Shown here piece after piece: positions 29,741 through 39,185 of a stretch of DNA of 64,000 bases (the stretch's first letter is position 1; each line of letters begins with the position of its first letter). The DNA comes from Polyangiaceae bacterium (GTDB taxonomy: Bacteria; Myxococcota_A; Polyangia; Polyangiales; Polyangiaceae). Position numbers and translations under genes: made by a program. The notes under the pieces were generated by a model. That model searched no databases and was not told the DNA's origin. It saw only the letters and a list, made by a program, of their open reading frames with translations. The stretch covers positions 25,072 through 89,071 of the forward strand of contig JANRKO010000007.1 of assembly GCA_033763455.1 (NCBI GenBank), written 5' to 3'.

Positions 29741-30844
29741 ATGGAACTCCACAGACTGTCGAAATCGCGCACTGCCCTACTGATGATACTTGCGCTATCG
29801 GCAACCTCTACCGCCTTGGCCCAGAGCGCCAAGCAGAAACGCAGCTTCTCGCGTTCGCGATCGATGCCCCCCCCCACGGCGCAGTTCCCGACCGTCGCCG
29901 CGAAAGCAGAAGCTCCGCGCGCTCGACATGCTCCGGTTCCAGAGGCTCCGCGCGCTCGACCAGCTCCGGTTCCAGAAGCTCCCCGCGCGCGACCAGCCCC
30001 CGCGCCAGCGGCACCTCAAGCAGTGCGCCCCCCTCCAACTCTACCCGCCCCGGCCCCAGTTGCTGTGCGTCCGGCAGTAGCTCCACAGGTCACCCCGCAG
30101 AAACCAGCAGTGGCGCCCGTGCTAGCCTACACACCTCCACAAGCACCACCGCCTTCCGCTTATCAGTGGACCGGAACACCCCGCACCCCTGGTGCTCCCC
30201 CCGCCCCGCGGTGGACCCCGCCTCAGCCAGGCCCAGACGCAACCACGAGCAAGCCGACCGGAGGCGCGTGGCAAAACACGACCTTGGCACCGTATCGAGC
30301 GGCGCCTGGCTATACTGCGGCTTATGGCGGCGGATACCTACCAGCTTCAGCCGGCAATAGCGTTCCCTCGTTTCAGTTCATGCCCGCGGTATTGCCCTAC
30401 CGTGATGGGCAACCCGTGGATCCCATGTACCGTAAAGAGAGCAGCGGAAACACCGGGCTCATTGTGGGCGGCACATTAACGTTTTTGGCTTCGTATGGCG
30501 CGGCGATAGGTTACGGTGCCAAGCAAGACTGGGAGAACGGTTTGAAGTGGAACCGCCTTCCCGTGGCTGGCCCTTTCATCGCAATAGGTAAGCGTGATTT
30601 TGGCTGCAAGATCGATCAACCAGACCTTGATGTTGCCAACAAATGCATGGACGACGCGATGGGCGAAGTCACAGCAGTGGCAATTTTGGCGGTGGACGGT
30701 TTGATTCAAACGATCGGCGCGACCCTTCTGGTAGCTGGGGTTCTGGATCGCGATACCATGTTGGTTAGAAACGACGTGGCCAGTGTCTCGGTGCGGCGCG
30801 TTGGTAAAGACGGCTACGGCCTGAATGTCCGACGGCAGTTCTAG
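29741..30844 (+). CDS. Exported Pro-rich hypothetical protein with hydrophobic C-terminal domain
   Basis: Signal peptide ..STALA; Pro/Ala linker; LPVAGPF..GLIQTIGATLLVAG. Confidence 0.65.
   Translation: MELHRLSKSRTALLMILALSATSTALAQSAKQKRSFSRSRSMPPPTAQFPTVAAKAEAPRARHAPVPEAPRARPAPVPEAPRARPAPAPAAPQAVRPPPTLPAPAPVAVRPAVAPQVTPQKPAVAPVLAYTPPQAPPPSAYQWTGTPRTPGAPPAPRWTPPQPGPDATTSKPTGGAWQNTTLAPYRAAPGYTAAYGGGYLPASAGNSVPSFQFMPAVLPYRDGQPVDPMYRKESSGNTGLIVGGTLTFLASYGAAIGYGAKQDWENGLKWNRLPVAGPFIAIGKRDFGCKIDQPDLDVANKCMDDAMGEVTAVAILAVDGLIQTIGATLLVAGVLDRDTMLVRNDVASVSVRRVGKDGYGLNVRRQF
29907..30000 (+). repeat. ~3 x 33-bp coding tandem repeat (EAPRARPAPVP)
   Basis: Units at 29907, 29940, 29973. Confidence 0.85.
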
Positions 30845-30932
30845 TTCAATCGCAGCAACGGCAGAACGCTGGGTTCGCCCTTTCTCGCACGTGCTTTGAG
30901 CTTTGCGGTCGGTTGGGTGCTATGGGCAGCGG

Positions 30933-31949
30933 GTGACGCAAAGTAGCCCGCCGGTTCGCCCTTCTGCATCTCCTCCGGGATCGATGGAGGACGATCCTCC
31001 GGGATCGATGGAGGACGAGAAGAAAGAAGCGCTAAAAAAGCTCGTTTACGGCGCCATTGCGCTCGGCTTGGCGCTTGCCTACTGGGTGTTTAGAGACGGC
31101 GCCCGAGTAGGCACGGGTGCGTTTTTCGTGCTTGGCCTAGCTTTGTTGTGGGCTGGCAGCTCGTTCATTACTTGGTGGCGCCTGCGGAATTTCAAGCAAG
31201 TGGCCTTATCTTCTGAACTTGCCCTAGCGGAAGCTCACCTACGGCAGGTCGCGCGCGTGCAACGGCATGAGCGGTTGCTCGCTCTGCGCAGGCCGTACTT
31301 TACCTACGCACTTATTGCGTGCATCTCGGCACCATCGGCCGCGCAACTTCTGGCCAGCGGTGATTCGATCGAAGCGGCAGGCCTCGTGAAGAACCTGGTG
31401 CGAGACGGTGAGTGGTGGCGCATGCTCACGGGCACTTATCTGCACGGTGGCCCTCTCCATTTCTGGATGAACATGTCCGCGCTTCGCGCGTTCGGCGCCG
31501 TTATCGAGGCCTACTCTCCACGCACGCGCTTGCCGCTCGTATATCTTGCTTCGGCTTTGGCGGGGAGCCTCGCCAGCTTCTTGTTGTTGCCGAATGCGTC
31601 CTCTGTGGGTGCGTCGGGCGGGCTCCTGGGATTGGTGGGGTATCTGATGCTCTCAGCATGGAAGCGTCCGAATGAGGTGCCGCCGTGGCTCAAACGGGGG
31701 GCGCTTCTCACTCTTGGGTTAACGGCATATCTCGGCGCTTTTGGTGCCGGGTTCATCGATAACGCAGCTCATGCAGGGGGAGCCCTCATGGGGGTTCTCC
31801 TCGCTCTCCTTGCGGTAGACAGGGAGTCTCACACCCAAGGTCCGCTCAAGCGCGCCGTGCTTGAGGCCATGGGGTGGGCATCTGTAGTCGTGCTTTTGGT
31901 GGGGGCGGTGTTGAGCGTGCTCCTAGTTTTGGGCTTCTTTCGCCCGTAA
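30933..31949 (+). CDS. Rhomboid intramembrane serine protease
   Basis: EWWR, HFWMN, GASGG, AHAGG intact; start uncertain. Confidence 0.92.
   Translation: MTQSSPPVRPSASPPGSMEDDPPGSMEDEKKEALKKLVYGAIALGLALAYWVFRDGARVGTGAFFVLGLALLWAGSSFITWWRLRNFKQVALSSELALAEAHLRQVARVQRHERLLALRRPYFTYALIACISAPSAAQLLASGDSIEAAGLVKNLVRDGEWWRMLTGTYLHGGPLHFWMNMSALRAFGAVIEAYSPRTRLPLVYLASALAGSLASFLLLPNASSVGASGGLLGLVGYLMLSAWKRPNEVPPWLKRGALLTLGLTAYLGAFGAGFIDNAAHAGGALMGVLLALLAVDRESHTQGPLKRAVLEAMGWASVVVLLVGAVLSVLLVLGFFRP
30971..31018 (+). repeat. Exact 24-bp tandem duplication (PPGSMEDD/E)
   Basis: tcctccgggatcgatggaggacga twice. Confidence 0.92.
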
Positions 31950-32102
31950 AACTCGGCAAAGAGCATTCAAGATGTTGGTTTTCCGCAACTGGGCCGCGGC
32001 CACGCCGAAGAGTGGTGATGCCAGGGGAGATTCATGAGTCATAGTGCCAAGCCAAGCCTTCCCCGTTTCCCATGGCCCCCCAGCTGGAGTACGCTCTAAA
32101 AC

Positions 32103-32447
32103 ATGGCCATCGACGGAATTGGACGACCCCGCGTGGGTAACCTTCCTGCTCCTTCTGCCGAAGAGGTCGCAAGTGGTACAGCTGCTAGCGGGGCGCGTGG
32201 GCCCGAAAAGTTGGCGGCGAGCTCGGTGCAGGCTCCGGAGCTTTCCGCCCTTGAGCGTGGAGAGCTAACGGTGGATCAATATTTGGATCGCCAAGTGGAG
32301 GTAGCCGCCCAACATCTTGAAGGGCGCCTTTCCGGGGATCAATTGGCGTTCGTGAAAGAGAGTCTTCGCTCGGCTTTGCAGGAGGACCCAGTGCTCATGG
32401 ATCTAGTGCGGCGGGTCACCAGTGGTATCGCAGGCGAATTGAAGTAA
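32103..32447 (+). CDS. Hypothetical helical protein
   Basis: TACGCT 7 nt before ATG; first gene of a co-directional run. Confidence 0.65.
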   Translation: MAIDGIGRPRVGNLPAPSAEEVASGTAASGARGPEKLAASSVQAPELSALERGELTVDQYLDRQVEVAAQHLEGRLSGDQLAFVKESLRSALQEDPVLMDLVRRVTSGIAGELK

Positions 32448-32459
32448 GGTCGCCAGCGC

Positions 32460-34892
32460 TTGGTGACGGTCAGCCCCTCCCTTTTGGGTTCCGTTGTCCG
32501 TTTGGATAGGGCCCGAGATGTTAATCCTCGGCAACTCGGTGTTCGCGCGCGGGGGCTCCTCTCTCTGCCTCGCCTGGGCCTGCCGTTACCTCACGCGTAC
32601 GTGGTGTGCACCGAAGTGTTGAGTACTGCTATTTCCGAGCTGCTGCCAAAGGGGCATGAACCTTCGGCGCTCTTGAGCCATTGGGATAGACAGAAGAGCG
32701 TTGAACGCGCGGCGCGAGCGCGCTCTCGACTGCTGGAGGAAGGTGTTGCATGGGCCAATCGGGCTTTGGCGGCGTTACCGCCTGACTTCGAAGCAGCACC
32801 GGGCCTTGCGTTTATCGCGAGCCCTGAGCTCTCCCACCCGAGCCACGCCGAGGCTGCCGGACTACTGAAAACCTGGTTTTGGGGTGCGAACACTGCTGAG
32901 CCTCTAGCCAAAAGCCGAGAGTTGGCTCTGTTGAATGTGTGGGCACTTTCGTGTGACGACACCGCGCTTAGGATGTTAGCCAGAAAGGGCGTGCGTAGCC
33001 TTGAAATGGCGGTGCTAGTTGTTCACCTCGGGCACATAGCTCCCGGGTGCACCACCAGCCTCTCGGGGCGTCTTTTTATTGATGAAGCGTCGCAAGGACG
33101 CAGCGAGAACGGCACCCCGCATTTCCCTGTTCGTGGAAGTCTACAAGCCTTCAGCGAGCCCGGCCTCCGGGAGCCTACGGAGCTTCACCGCATTTCGGCC
33201 AGCGGGAAGTTGCTCGCCGCAGAAACCTGTGACTGGTTTCAGCCCGCGGAGGGCGGCCTTGAGCTCGAGGTTCAGTTGGCGTGGTTTGGCCAATCTCCGG
33301 TCGCCGGCCCCATTGTGGTTTGCGAGGCGCGGCCTCCGAAAGCGAAATCGAAGCTGAAATTCAGGACCCGGCGCGCCCCGGCTAGCCCCGTATTCTTACA
33401 CGGGCTGGGAGATATGGCTGGGAACCCCACGCCATTTACCCTTTCCCTACTGCGCGGGATTGGTGCTTCCGATCTTGCAAAGCTCGGCCATGGCCGCGAA
33501 TGGGAATTCCCAAGAGCCGGCGTACTCTTTGACGTTCGAAAGGGAGACGTGGTTGCTCATTGGAAGCTGTTAGAATCGGGGCTTGGTGGGGAATTTACAG
33601 ACGCTACGCTCACCACATTAGGGCTGCCACCAGGCACCAACGTTGAACGTGGGCTCCGAGGTTCGGGGCCGAGCGCCCTAGCTGTACAAGCCGGGCGGTT
33701 TCAAAGACGTTTGACTTGGCTGAAGGCTGCTGTTGCGGAGCTGAAGGCCGAATTGGATCCATATTTTGCGGCTTTTCGCGAGCTCGATTTGGGTATTCTT
33801 CCCACCGACGCTACCACCACTACTCTGCGAGAGACGCGTTTCTACTTCTTGCAGGCACTGCGCCTTTGGATATTGTCGGAACTTACAGTGTTGTTGGGTT
33901 CGGGGACACTGCACGCCTGGCTCAGCTCGCACTTGCCGGCCAAGAGCGTGCCCATGGCCCTGAGCGCTGCGAGCCTTCCCCCAGATCTTTTGCCGTACAC
34001 GCGTGCTGCGCTCGACCGAAATCTGCTTTCAAGCTCGGATTGGATCGAGCGGTGGGGATACTTGCCGATGCAATCCTTGGAACTTGGTGAGGCGCGCTGG
34101 GAGGAGGCCCAAGGTGCTCTTCGTTCAGACTCGAATCTCGATCCATCACCGCCCAGCGTGCGTCGTGCTAGCCCTGACCCGGTATATGGTTCCGCTGCAC
34201 TCCTGGAAGCCCAGCGCCTTCTGGGTGACCGCGTGCTCGGTGAGGTGGAAAGGTCGCTCAGTCGTCCGAACCGTTGGCTCTTTGCACGCTCGCTTCACTC
34301 GCTGCGCGAAGCTGTGGTGCAACAAGGTGTGCTGAGTGACGAGCTGGCCCGCGCCTCGTGGATGTTGCGGCGGACGCTGCTCGATGTGGATCGGCGCCTG
34401 CGCCGCTTGGATTCACGGCTCGCGCCGGGCTCGGCGTTCTTTTGTACTTTTCGCGAGCTACTGGCGGCGGTCGCCGAATCTCACACGGATCTAGGTCAAA
34501 TAGTGGAGATGCGAAAGGCTCGCGCTATTGCCGATAACCGGGAAAGGCCTAGGTCGTCTGAGGTAGGGCTTAGCGGTGGCACCTGGGTTGGTGTTGGCAT
34601 GGGTGTGCTCAAAGTGCGTGGGCGCCCCGTTCTCGTCACACGCGAAACATTCGACAATCTTCCCGCCGACACCATCGGAGTTGTGACTGGGTTTGCTCCT
34701 TGGCTAAGCTTGGCATTGCCCAAGTGTGCGGGCTGGGTCGTTCTGAGTGCGCGCGCGTTCTCTAGCTCCTGGTTCACTGCCGGACAGCTGGGTGTACCGC
34801 TAATATCGTTGCCGGATGGCTCCGCGGAGGCGCTTCTCAAGTTCTCACAAGTGGAGCTAGATCCGCAGCAAGGCCTGGTGCGCGGGTGGTAA
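32460..34892 (+). CDS. Degenerate PPDK_N / PEP-utilising (rifampin phosphotransferase-like) protein
   Basis: LGVRARGL..LGLPLPHAYVV matches the PPDK_N start; WGYLP..LELGEARWEE; C-terminal swivel-like domain without the phospho-His. Confidence 0.65.
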   Translation: MVTVSPSLLGSVVRLDRARDVNPRQLGVRARGLLSLPRLGLPLPHAYVVCTEVLSTAISELLPKGHEPSALLSHWDRQKSVERAARARSRLLEEGVAWANRALAALPPDFEAAPGLAFIASPELSHPSHAEAAGLLKTWFWGANTAEPLAKSRELALLNVWALSCDDTALRMLARKGVRSLEMAVLVVHLGHIAPGCTTSLSGRLFIDEASQGRSENGTPHFPVRGSLQAFSEPGLREPTELHRISASGKLLAAETCDWFQPAEGGLELEVQLAWFGQSPVAGPIVVCEARPPKAKSKLKFRTRRAPASPVFLHGLGDMAGNPTPFTLSLLRGIGASDLAKLGHGREWEFPRAGVLFDVRKGDVVAHWKLLESGLGGEFTDATLTTLGLPPGTNVERGLRGSGPSALAVQAGRFQRRLTWLKAAVAELKAELDPYFAAFRELDLGILPTDATTTTLRETRFYFLQALRLWILSELTVLLGSGTLHAWLSSHLPAKSVPMALSAASLPPDLLPYTRAALDRNLLSSSDWIERWGYLPMQSLELGEARWEEAQGALRSDSNLDPSPPSVRRASPDPVYGSAALLEAQRLLGDRVLGEVERSLSRPNRWLFARSLHSLREAVVQQGVLSDELARASWMLRRTLLDVDRRLRRLDSRLAPGSAFFCTFRELLAAVAESHTDLGQIVEMRKARAIADNRERPRSSEVGLSGGTWVGVGMGVLKVRGRPVLVTRETFDNLPADTIGVVTGFAPWLSLALPKCAGWVVLSARAFSSSWFTAGQLGVPLISLPDGSAEALLKFSQVELDPQQGLVRGW

Positions 34893-35779
34893 GGCAACCT
34901 ATATTTCGCTATCGGGTGGAGGAGAGTGAGGCTCTGCTCTCGGCAATCCTAGATGCTTCGGGCCACAGCTCCGCACTCGCTGAAGGCCGCGTTTTCGTGG
35001 ATCGAGTGCGTGCCGCGCATGAAATGAAGCTTGTGCCCGGACAACTGGTGGAGGTGTACGCGCCCATGGTGGCGACCGAGCAGCCCGAAATCCTGGCGCG
35101 CCGCGGGGGCATTGTGGCCGTTGGAAAACCCCCGGGCTGGAGCACCGAGCCGGATCGCGCGGGCGACCAAAGCGTGGTGGTGTGGCTGGCGGAAAAGCTG
35201 GGCCTCACGCGCGCCCAGGTGTTCGCTGGTTCTCGGCTAGATGCACCGGTGAGTGGCGTGCTCCTGTTGGCGGTAGACTCAAAAGCCACTCAGCTTTTGG
35301 CGCGGGGCAAAGAACAACAGCGCTTGCGTCGCGTGTACCTGGCGCTTGTTCAAGGCAAGCCACCGGCGAGTGAAGGTAGTTGGAAGTTCCCAGTCCATCA
35401 AAAATCCGCCCATTCTCAATACCAACTGCTAAAGACGCTACCCGTGCCATCTTTGCGCCATGCGCGGGCCGAACACGAATCCGCCGTGTCGCTGCTCCGC
35501 CTCTCGCCCGTTACGGGGCGCAAACACCAACTGCGTCTGCACGCTGCACACGCTAAAATGCCCATTTGGGGAGACGTGCGGAACGGCGGCGCCCGGCGCT
35601 TCACGTTGGCAAATGGTGAGGTGCACGAACTTGGCCGCCTGATGTTGCATGCACGGAGCGTCACCCTTGTGTTGGAACACGGGGAGGTTTTCCAAGTAGA
35701 GGCGTCAATTCCTCCGGACATGCAGCGAGCGTGGAGCCGCTTGGGTGGTTTTGAACAGGATTTTCTGAAAGAGTCCTGA
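34886..35779 (+). CDS. RluA family pseudouridine synthase
   Basis: KPPGW, SRLD..SG, YLALVQG, TGRKHQLRLH, PIWGD, LMLHA. Confidence 0.88.
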   Translation: MVRQPIFRYRVEESEALLSAILDASGHSSALAEGRVFVDRVRAAHEMKLVPGQLVEVYAPMVATEQPEILARRGGIVAVGKPPGWSTEPDRAGDQSVVVWLAEKLGLTRAQVFAGSRLDAPVSGVLLLAVDSKATQLLARGKEQQRLRRVYLALVQGKPPASEGSWKFPVHQKSAHSQYQLLKTLPVPSLRHARAEHESAVSLLRLSPVTGRKHQLRLHAAHAKMPIWGDVRNGGARRFTLANGEVHELGRLMLHARSVTLVLEHGEVFQVEASIPPDMQRAWSRLGGFEQDFLKES

Positions 35780-35784
35780 AAAGA

Positions 35785-36432
35785 ATGCTCGCCAATCAAG
35801 GTAAGTGGCTTCGCCAGAGGGTCGCATTCGCGGTCGGAACGCTGCGTTCTGGCGGCGTGTTACTGATAGCGCTTCTTGGCGCCTGTAGTGGGCCGGTCCA
35901 AGCGCGCGGCGCCGGGTTCTCCATGCCCGTCAGCTTTGCCGAGGGACACAACGAGCAGGCACAGGCGGCCTCAGCGGGCGCAGCGAATGCGCCGAACGGC
36001 GCCGCGCCGAAAAAGGTGAAAAAAGATCATGGAGGCCCGCCGGACCCCCCGCCATTGGTCACCGCACATTATCTGCGCTACCGTATTCGTTATTCGAAGC
36101 GGGTGCCATCGATTGTTGACGTGCAAGCGTTAGAGCTCAAGCAGCCAGCTGCCGCGGAACGACGGTTGGGGCGTTTCGCGATTGAGCTTTGGATCGGCAA
36201 AGAGTTGGTGGAACGGGTGCGTTTTGATTTTCCGCTTTTGGTTGAAGATCCAAGTGCGGATAACGAAGCGCCGTTTGAGCAGGGCGCCACGGTCGAGCAG
36301 AGCGTGCTTTTGCCGAGGAGCGATCGGGCCACCCGTGCCTTGTTGGTGGAGCGGTCCGGTCGCAGCTGGGCCCTGCCGTGGCCACCCGAGCGGCTGCCTA
36401 GCGGCCCGCAGGATTTGACCGAACTCCGCTAG
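35785..36432 (+). CDS. Hypothetical lipoprotein
   Basis: Lipobox LLGAC; RRLGRFAIELWIGKELVERVRFDFPLL. Confidence 0.65.
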   Translation: MLANQGKWLRQRVAFAVGTLRSGGVLLIALLGACSGPVQARGAGFSMPVSFAEGHNEQAQAASAGAANAPNGAAPKKVKKDHGGPPDPPPLVTAHYLRYRIRYSKRVPSIVDVQALELKQPAAAERRLGRFAIELWIGKELVERVRFDFPLLVEDPSADNEAPFEQGATVEQSVLLPRSDRATRALLVERSGRSWALPWPPERLPSGPQDLTELR

Positions 36433-36562
36433 GTAGTTCGCCAGACCCGAGAGATCTGCCATGGGTCGGCCCGAGGGATCTGGCGTGGACTGCCCTTCGG
36501 AAGAGGCCTTTATTACCCCCGGTAGCCGAGGGGGCTCTGAGTGTGCGACGCTTCTACTCAAG

Positions 36563-38374
36563 ATGAAGTGTGAGTCGTGCAGCAACGATAATGTTCTTGG
36601 GGCCCGCTATTGTGCAACCTGTGGTGCGCTGCTTCCGGTCGAAACGTCGCACAACGACGATCCGTTGATTGGCAAGCTCCTTGGGGGAAGGTTCCGGGTG
36701 CGCCGCGTCTTAGGCGAAGGCGGGATGGGCGTTGTCTACGAAGGCGAGCAACAGATGGGCTCGACCGTACGCAAGGTGGCGATCAAGACTCTGCACCTCC
36801 ACCTATCCAAAGATCCGTCCATCATGGCGCGCTTCCACCGCGAATGCGGCACGGTGGCGCAGCTAGAGCACCCGAACACCATCAAGTTTTACGACTTTGG
36901 CACGACGGACGATGGCGCCCTCTACATCGCGATGGAATTCGTGGACGGCCACGCGTTGAGCGCGGTGATTGAAAAAGAAGGAGCCCTCCGTCCAGATCGC
37001 GTGATTAAGATCATGCGTCAGGTTTGTGGTGCACTGGATGAGGCGCACCAACAAGGGATTATTCACCGCGATTTGAAGCCTGAAAATGTGGTGCTCACCA
37101 ACCGCGCGGGCGAGACGGACTTTGTAAAGGTTTTAGACTTTGGCATCGCGGGGCGCACCGAATCCGCCGACGCGGCCAAGGAGCAGAAGCTCACTCAGCA
37201 GGGGATGGTGCTTGGAACCCCCCCTTACATGAGCCCGGAGCAATTTACCGGCAAAGCGCTCGATGCGCGCAGCGACATCTATTCTCTGGGCGTGATGACT
37301 TACGAGATGATCACGGGTCGATTGCCCTTTGACGCCACAACTCCGTGGGAGTGGGCCACACAGCACATGACGGTGCAGCCTCGGCCCCTTGAAGCCACGC
37401 CTGCGGCCCAAAAACTTCCCGAGAATATGCGGAGCGCCATCATGCGCGCACTCTCCAAAGATCCAGCGCATCGGCCCGATACTGCGCGGCAGTTTTTCGC
37501 GGAACTTTCCGGTGGTGAACGCATGACGGTGGTGGACCCGGGCGTTGCCGCACAGGCCATCAGTGGAACGGCTCAAATGGACGCTGTTCCTAGCTTCCCC
37601 TCAGGTGTTAACTTCGCACCGTCCGCGAATGTGGCGGCTCCCCCAGCCGTGGCGGTTCCTGGTTACGCTGCAGCGCCAGGAGGTGGTGTGCCGGGGTATT
37701 CGGGCGCACGAATTCCTGCGGCCACTCCCCCTGCAGTGTCCCACGCGCATCCGGGAACGCCCGAACGCGGTGGAAGCGGCAAGGGTTTGATTTTTGGTCT
37801 CGTTGGCGTAGCAGGGGTGATTCTAGTCGCTATCGTGATGATTCTGGCGCGCTCCTCGAAGCCGGACGATCAGCAGTTATCCTTGGTGGATCCGAATGCC
37901 GCCACAGGTTCCAAGGGCGGAGGAGCTGAGCTGAAGCCCATGGTGGATCCGAATGAGGCTACGCCCACGCCGCCGCCGGATGCGCCCCAGCCAACAGCCG
38001 CCACCGGCAAGCCCGCAAATACCAGCAAGCCACCCCCGGCTAGCACCGGGAAAACGCCGCCGAGCGCTTCCTCCGCACCGAGCGCGCCGGCCACCACCAC
38101 TGCACCAACAACTGCCACGCCCCCGCCAGCGTCTGACGGTTGCGCAGCGTGTGTTGCGGCTGCAAGTTCTGGTAACCTGCAAGGAGCGGCTGTAGGTTTC
38201 GCGCGCTGCAGCGATGCGGGAAAGAAGCAAGCTTGCCAAGCCGCTGCTCGTGAGCAGCTCCGGCCAGCTTTGAGCTCGGGTGATTGCACGAAAACAAAAG
38301 CAGTGGTCGCTGCGGCGACGGCGATGGGCCTAGGCGGTTCACTTCTCGCGAAGGCTGCCGCGGCTTGTCCATAA
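36563..38374 (+). CDS. Membrane Hanks-type Ser/Thr protein kinase with N-terminal zinc ribbon
   Basis: CESC..CATCG; GEGGMG, VAIK, HRDLKPEN, DFG, SPEQ; TM helix; Pro-rich and Cys-containing C-terminus. Confidence 0.95.
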   Translation: MKCESCSNDNVLGARYCATCGALLPVETSHNDDPLIGKLLGGRFRVRRVLGEGGMGVVYEGEQQMGSTVRKVAIKTLHLHLSKDPSIMARFHRECGTVAQLEHPNTIKFYDFGTTDDGALYIAMEFVDGHALSAVIEKEGALRPDRVIKIMRQVCGALDEAHQQGIIHRDLKPENVVLTNRAGETDFVKVLDFGIAGRTESADAAKEQKLTQQGMVLGTPPYMSPEQFTGKALDARSDIYSLGVMTYEMITGRLPFDATTPWEWATQHMTVQPRPLEATPAAQKLPENMRSAIMRALSKDPAHRPDTARQFFAELSGGERMTVVDPGVAAQAISGTAQMDAVPSFPSGVNFAPSANVAAPPAVAVPGYAAAPGGGVPGYSGARIPAATPPAVSHAHPGTPERGGSGKGLIFGLVGVAGVILVAIVMILARSSKPDDQQLSLVDPNAATGSKGGGAELKPMVDPNEATPTPPPDAPQPTAATGKPANTSKPPPASTGKTPPSASSAPSAPATTTAPTTATPPPASDGCAACVAAASSGNLQGAAVGFARCSDAGKKQACQAAAREQLRPALSSGDCTKTKAVVAAATAMGLGGSLLAKAAAACP

Positions 38375-38665
38375 TTTGATTCGGCCAGCGCGGCCGCATT
38401 TGGCTCTTGCGTGGCTGGAAAACTGTCTCGTTCTGACCATGCGGTGAGAGGTTTGCAGACCACGAAACACACGTAGGTGAGCTGACGTTTTCAGCAAAAA
38501 ATGCCTAGCATTCTGAGCTATGCCGCGCTCGGAGAATGCCAGGTTCGAGAGCTGCTGCAGGGTTACGCGCGTGCTCCGTTCTTGGGCATTGACACCCCGA
38601 TGTTTCGGGGTGAATAGCCCCGCCTTTTCACTTTTGAAACGCAACCGTTAGATCCAGATGCGCGC

Positions 38666-38695
38666 TTGACTCGAATCCAAAAGGGTCACTAGAGT
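38666..38695 (+). promoter_or_regulatory. Sigma70-like promoter
   Basis: TTGACT-18 nt-TAGAGT upstream of the 38772 ORF. Confidence 0.5.
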
Positions 38696-38771
38696 TTCCA
38701 ACGAAGCGAACGAGACCCCGCTAGTTGTTCCGTTTATTCACCGTGCTAGGCAGGCCTCCGTTGCTAAGAAC

Positions 38772-39062
38772 ATGCCCCAAAGGATGTCGATGAAAACCAG
38801 AATGACGTGGCCGGAACTTTGCCGCTCGGGTGAGTTCAAAGGGCTCTGGGTAGCTCTGGATAATTGCCGTTACGATCAGGCAACGCGCCAGCCCATTGAG
38901 GGGGATGTGGTGGATTCGGACGAGGAGCTTTCGACACTCTGCGCCCGCATGCGGGAAGCCGGCCACTGTTCGTGCGCGATCCTTTTCTGTGAAGACGACG
39001 TTTTGGTCGAGTCGAGCCGCATGCGCGATTCGAATTTTCCCGAACGCCGCGCGCATCACTGA
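38772..39062 (+). CDS. Small hypothetical protein
   Basis: FKGLWVALD..GDVVDSD..LC..CAILFC; upstream promoter. Confidence 0.65.
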   Translation: MPQRMSMKTRMTWPELCRSGEFKGLWVALDNCRYDQATRQPIEGDVVDSDEELSTLCARMREAGHCSCAILFCEDDVLVESSRMRDSNFPERRAHH

Positions 39063-39185
39063 GGCAGAAAGCCCAAGAGGAAGGGCAAGCCGATTGCCCC
39101 AAGAGCGAGGCTACAGCTCGGCCTCCCGATCGACGCGACCTGGTACGTCGGCTCGTCTAATTGAGGCGCGCCCGGGCACCGGAGC

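Noticed and set aside
32460..34892. Rifampin resistance gene (rph)
   Set aside because: Phospho-His and ATP-grasp residues are absent
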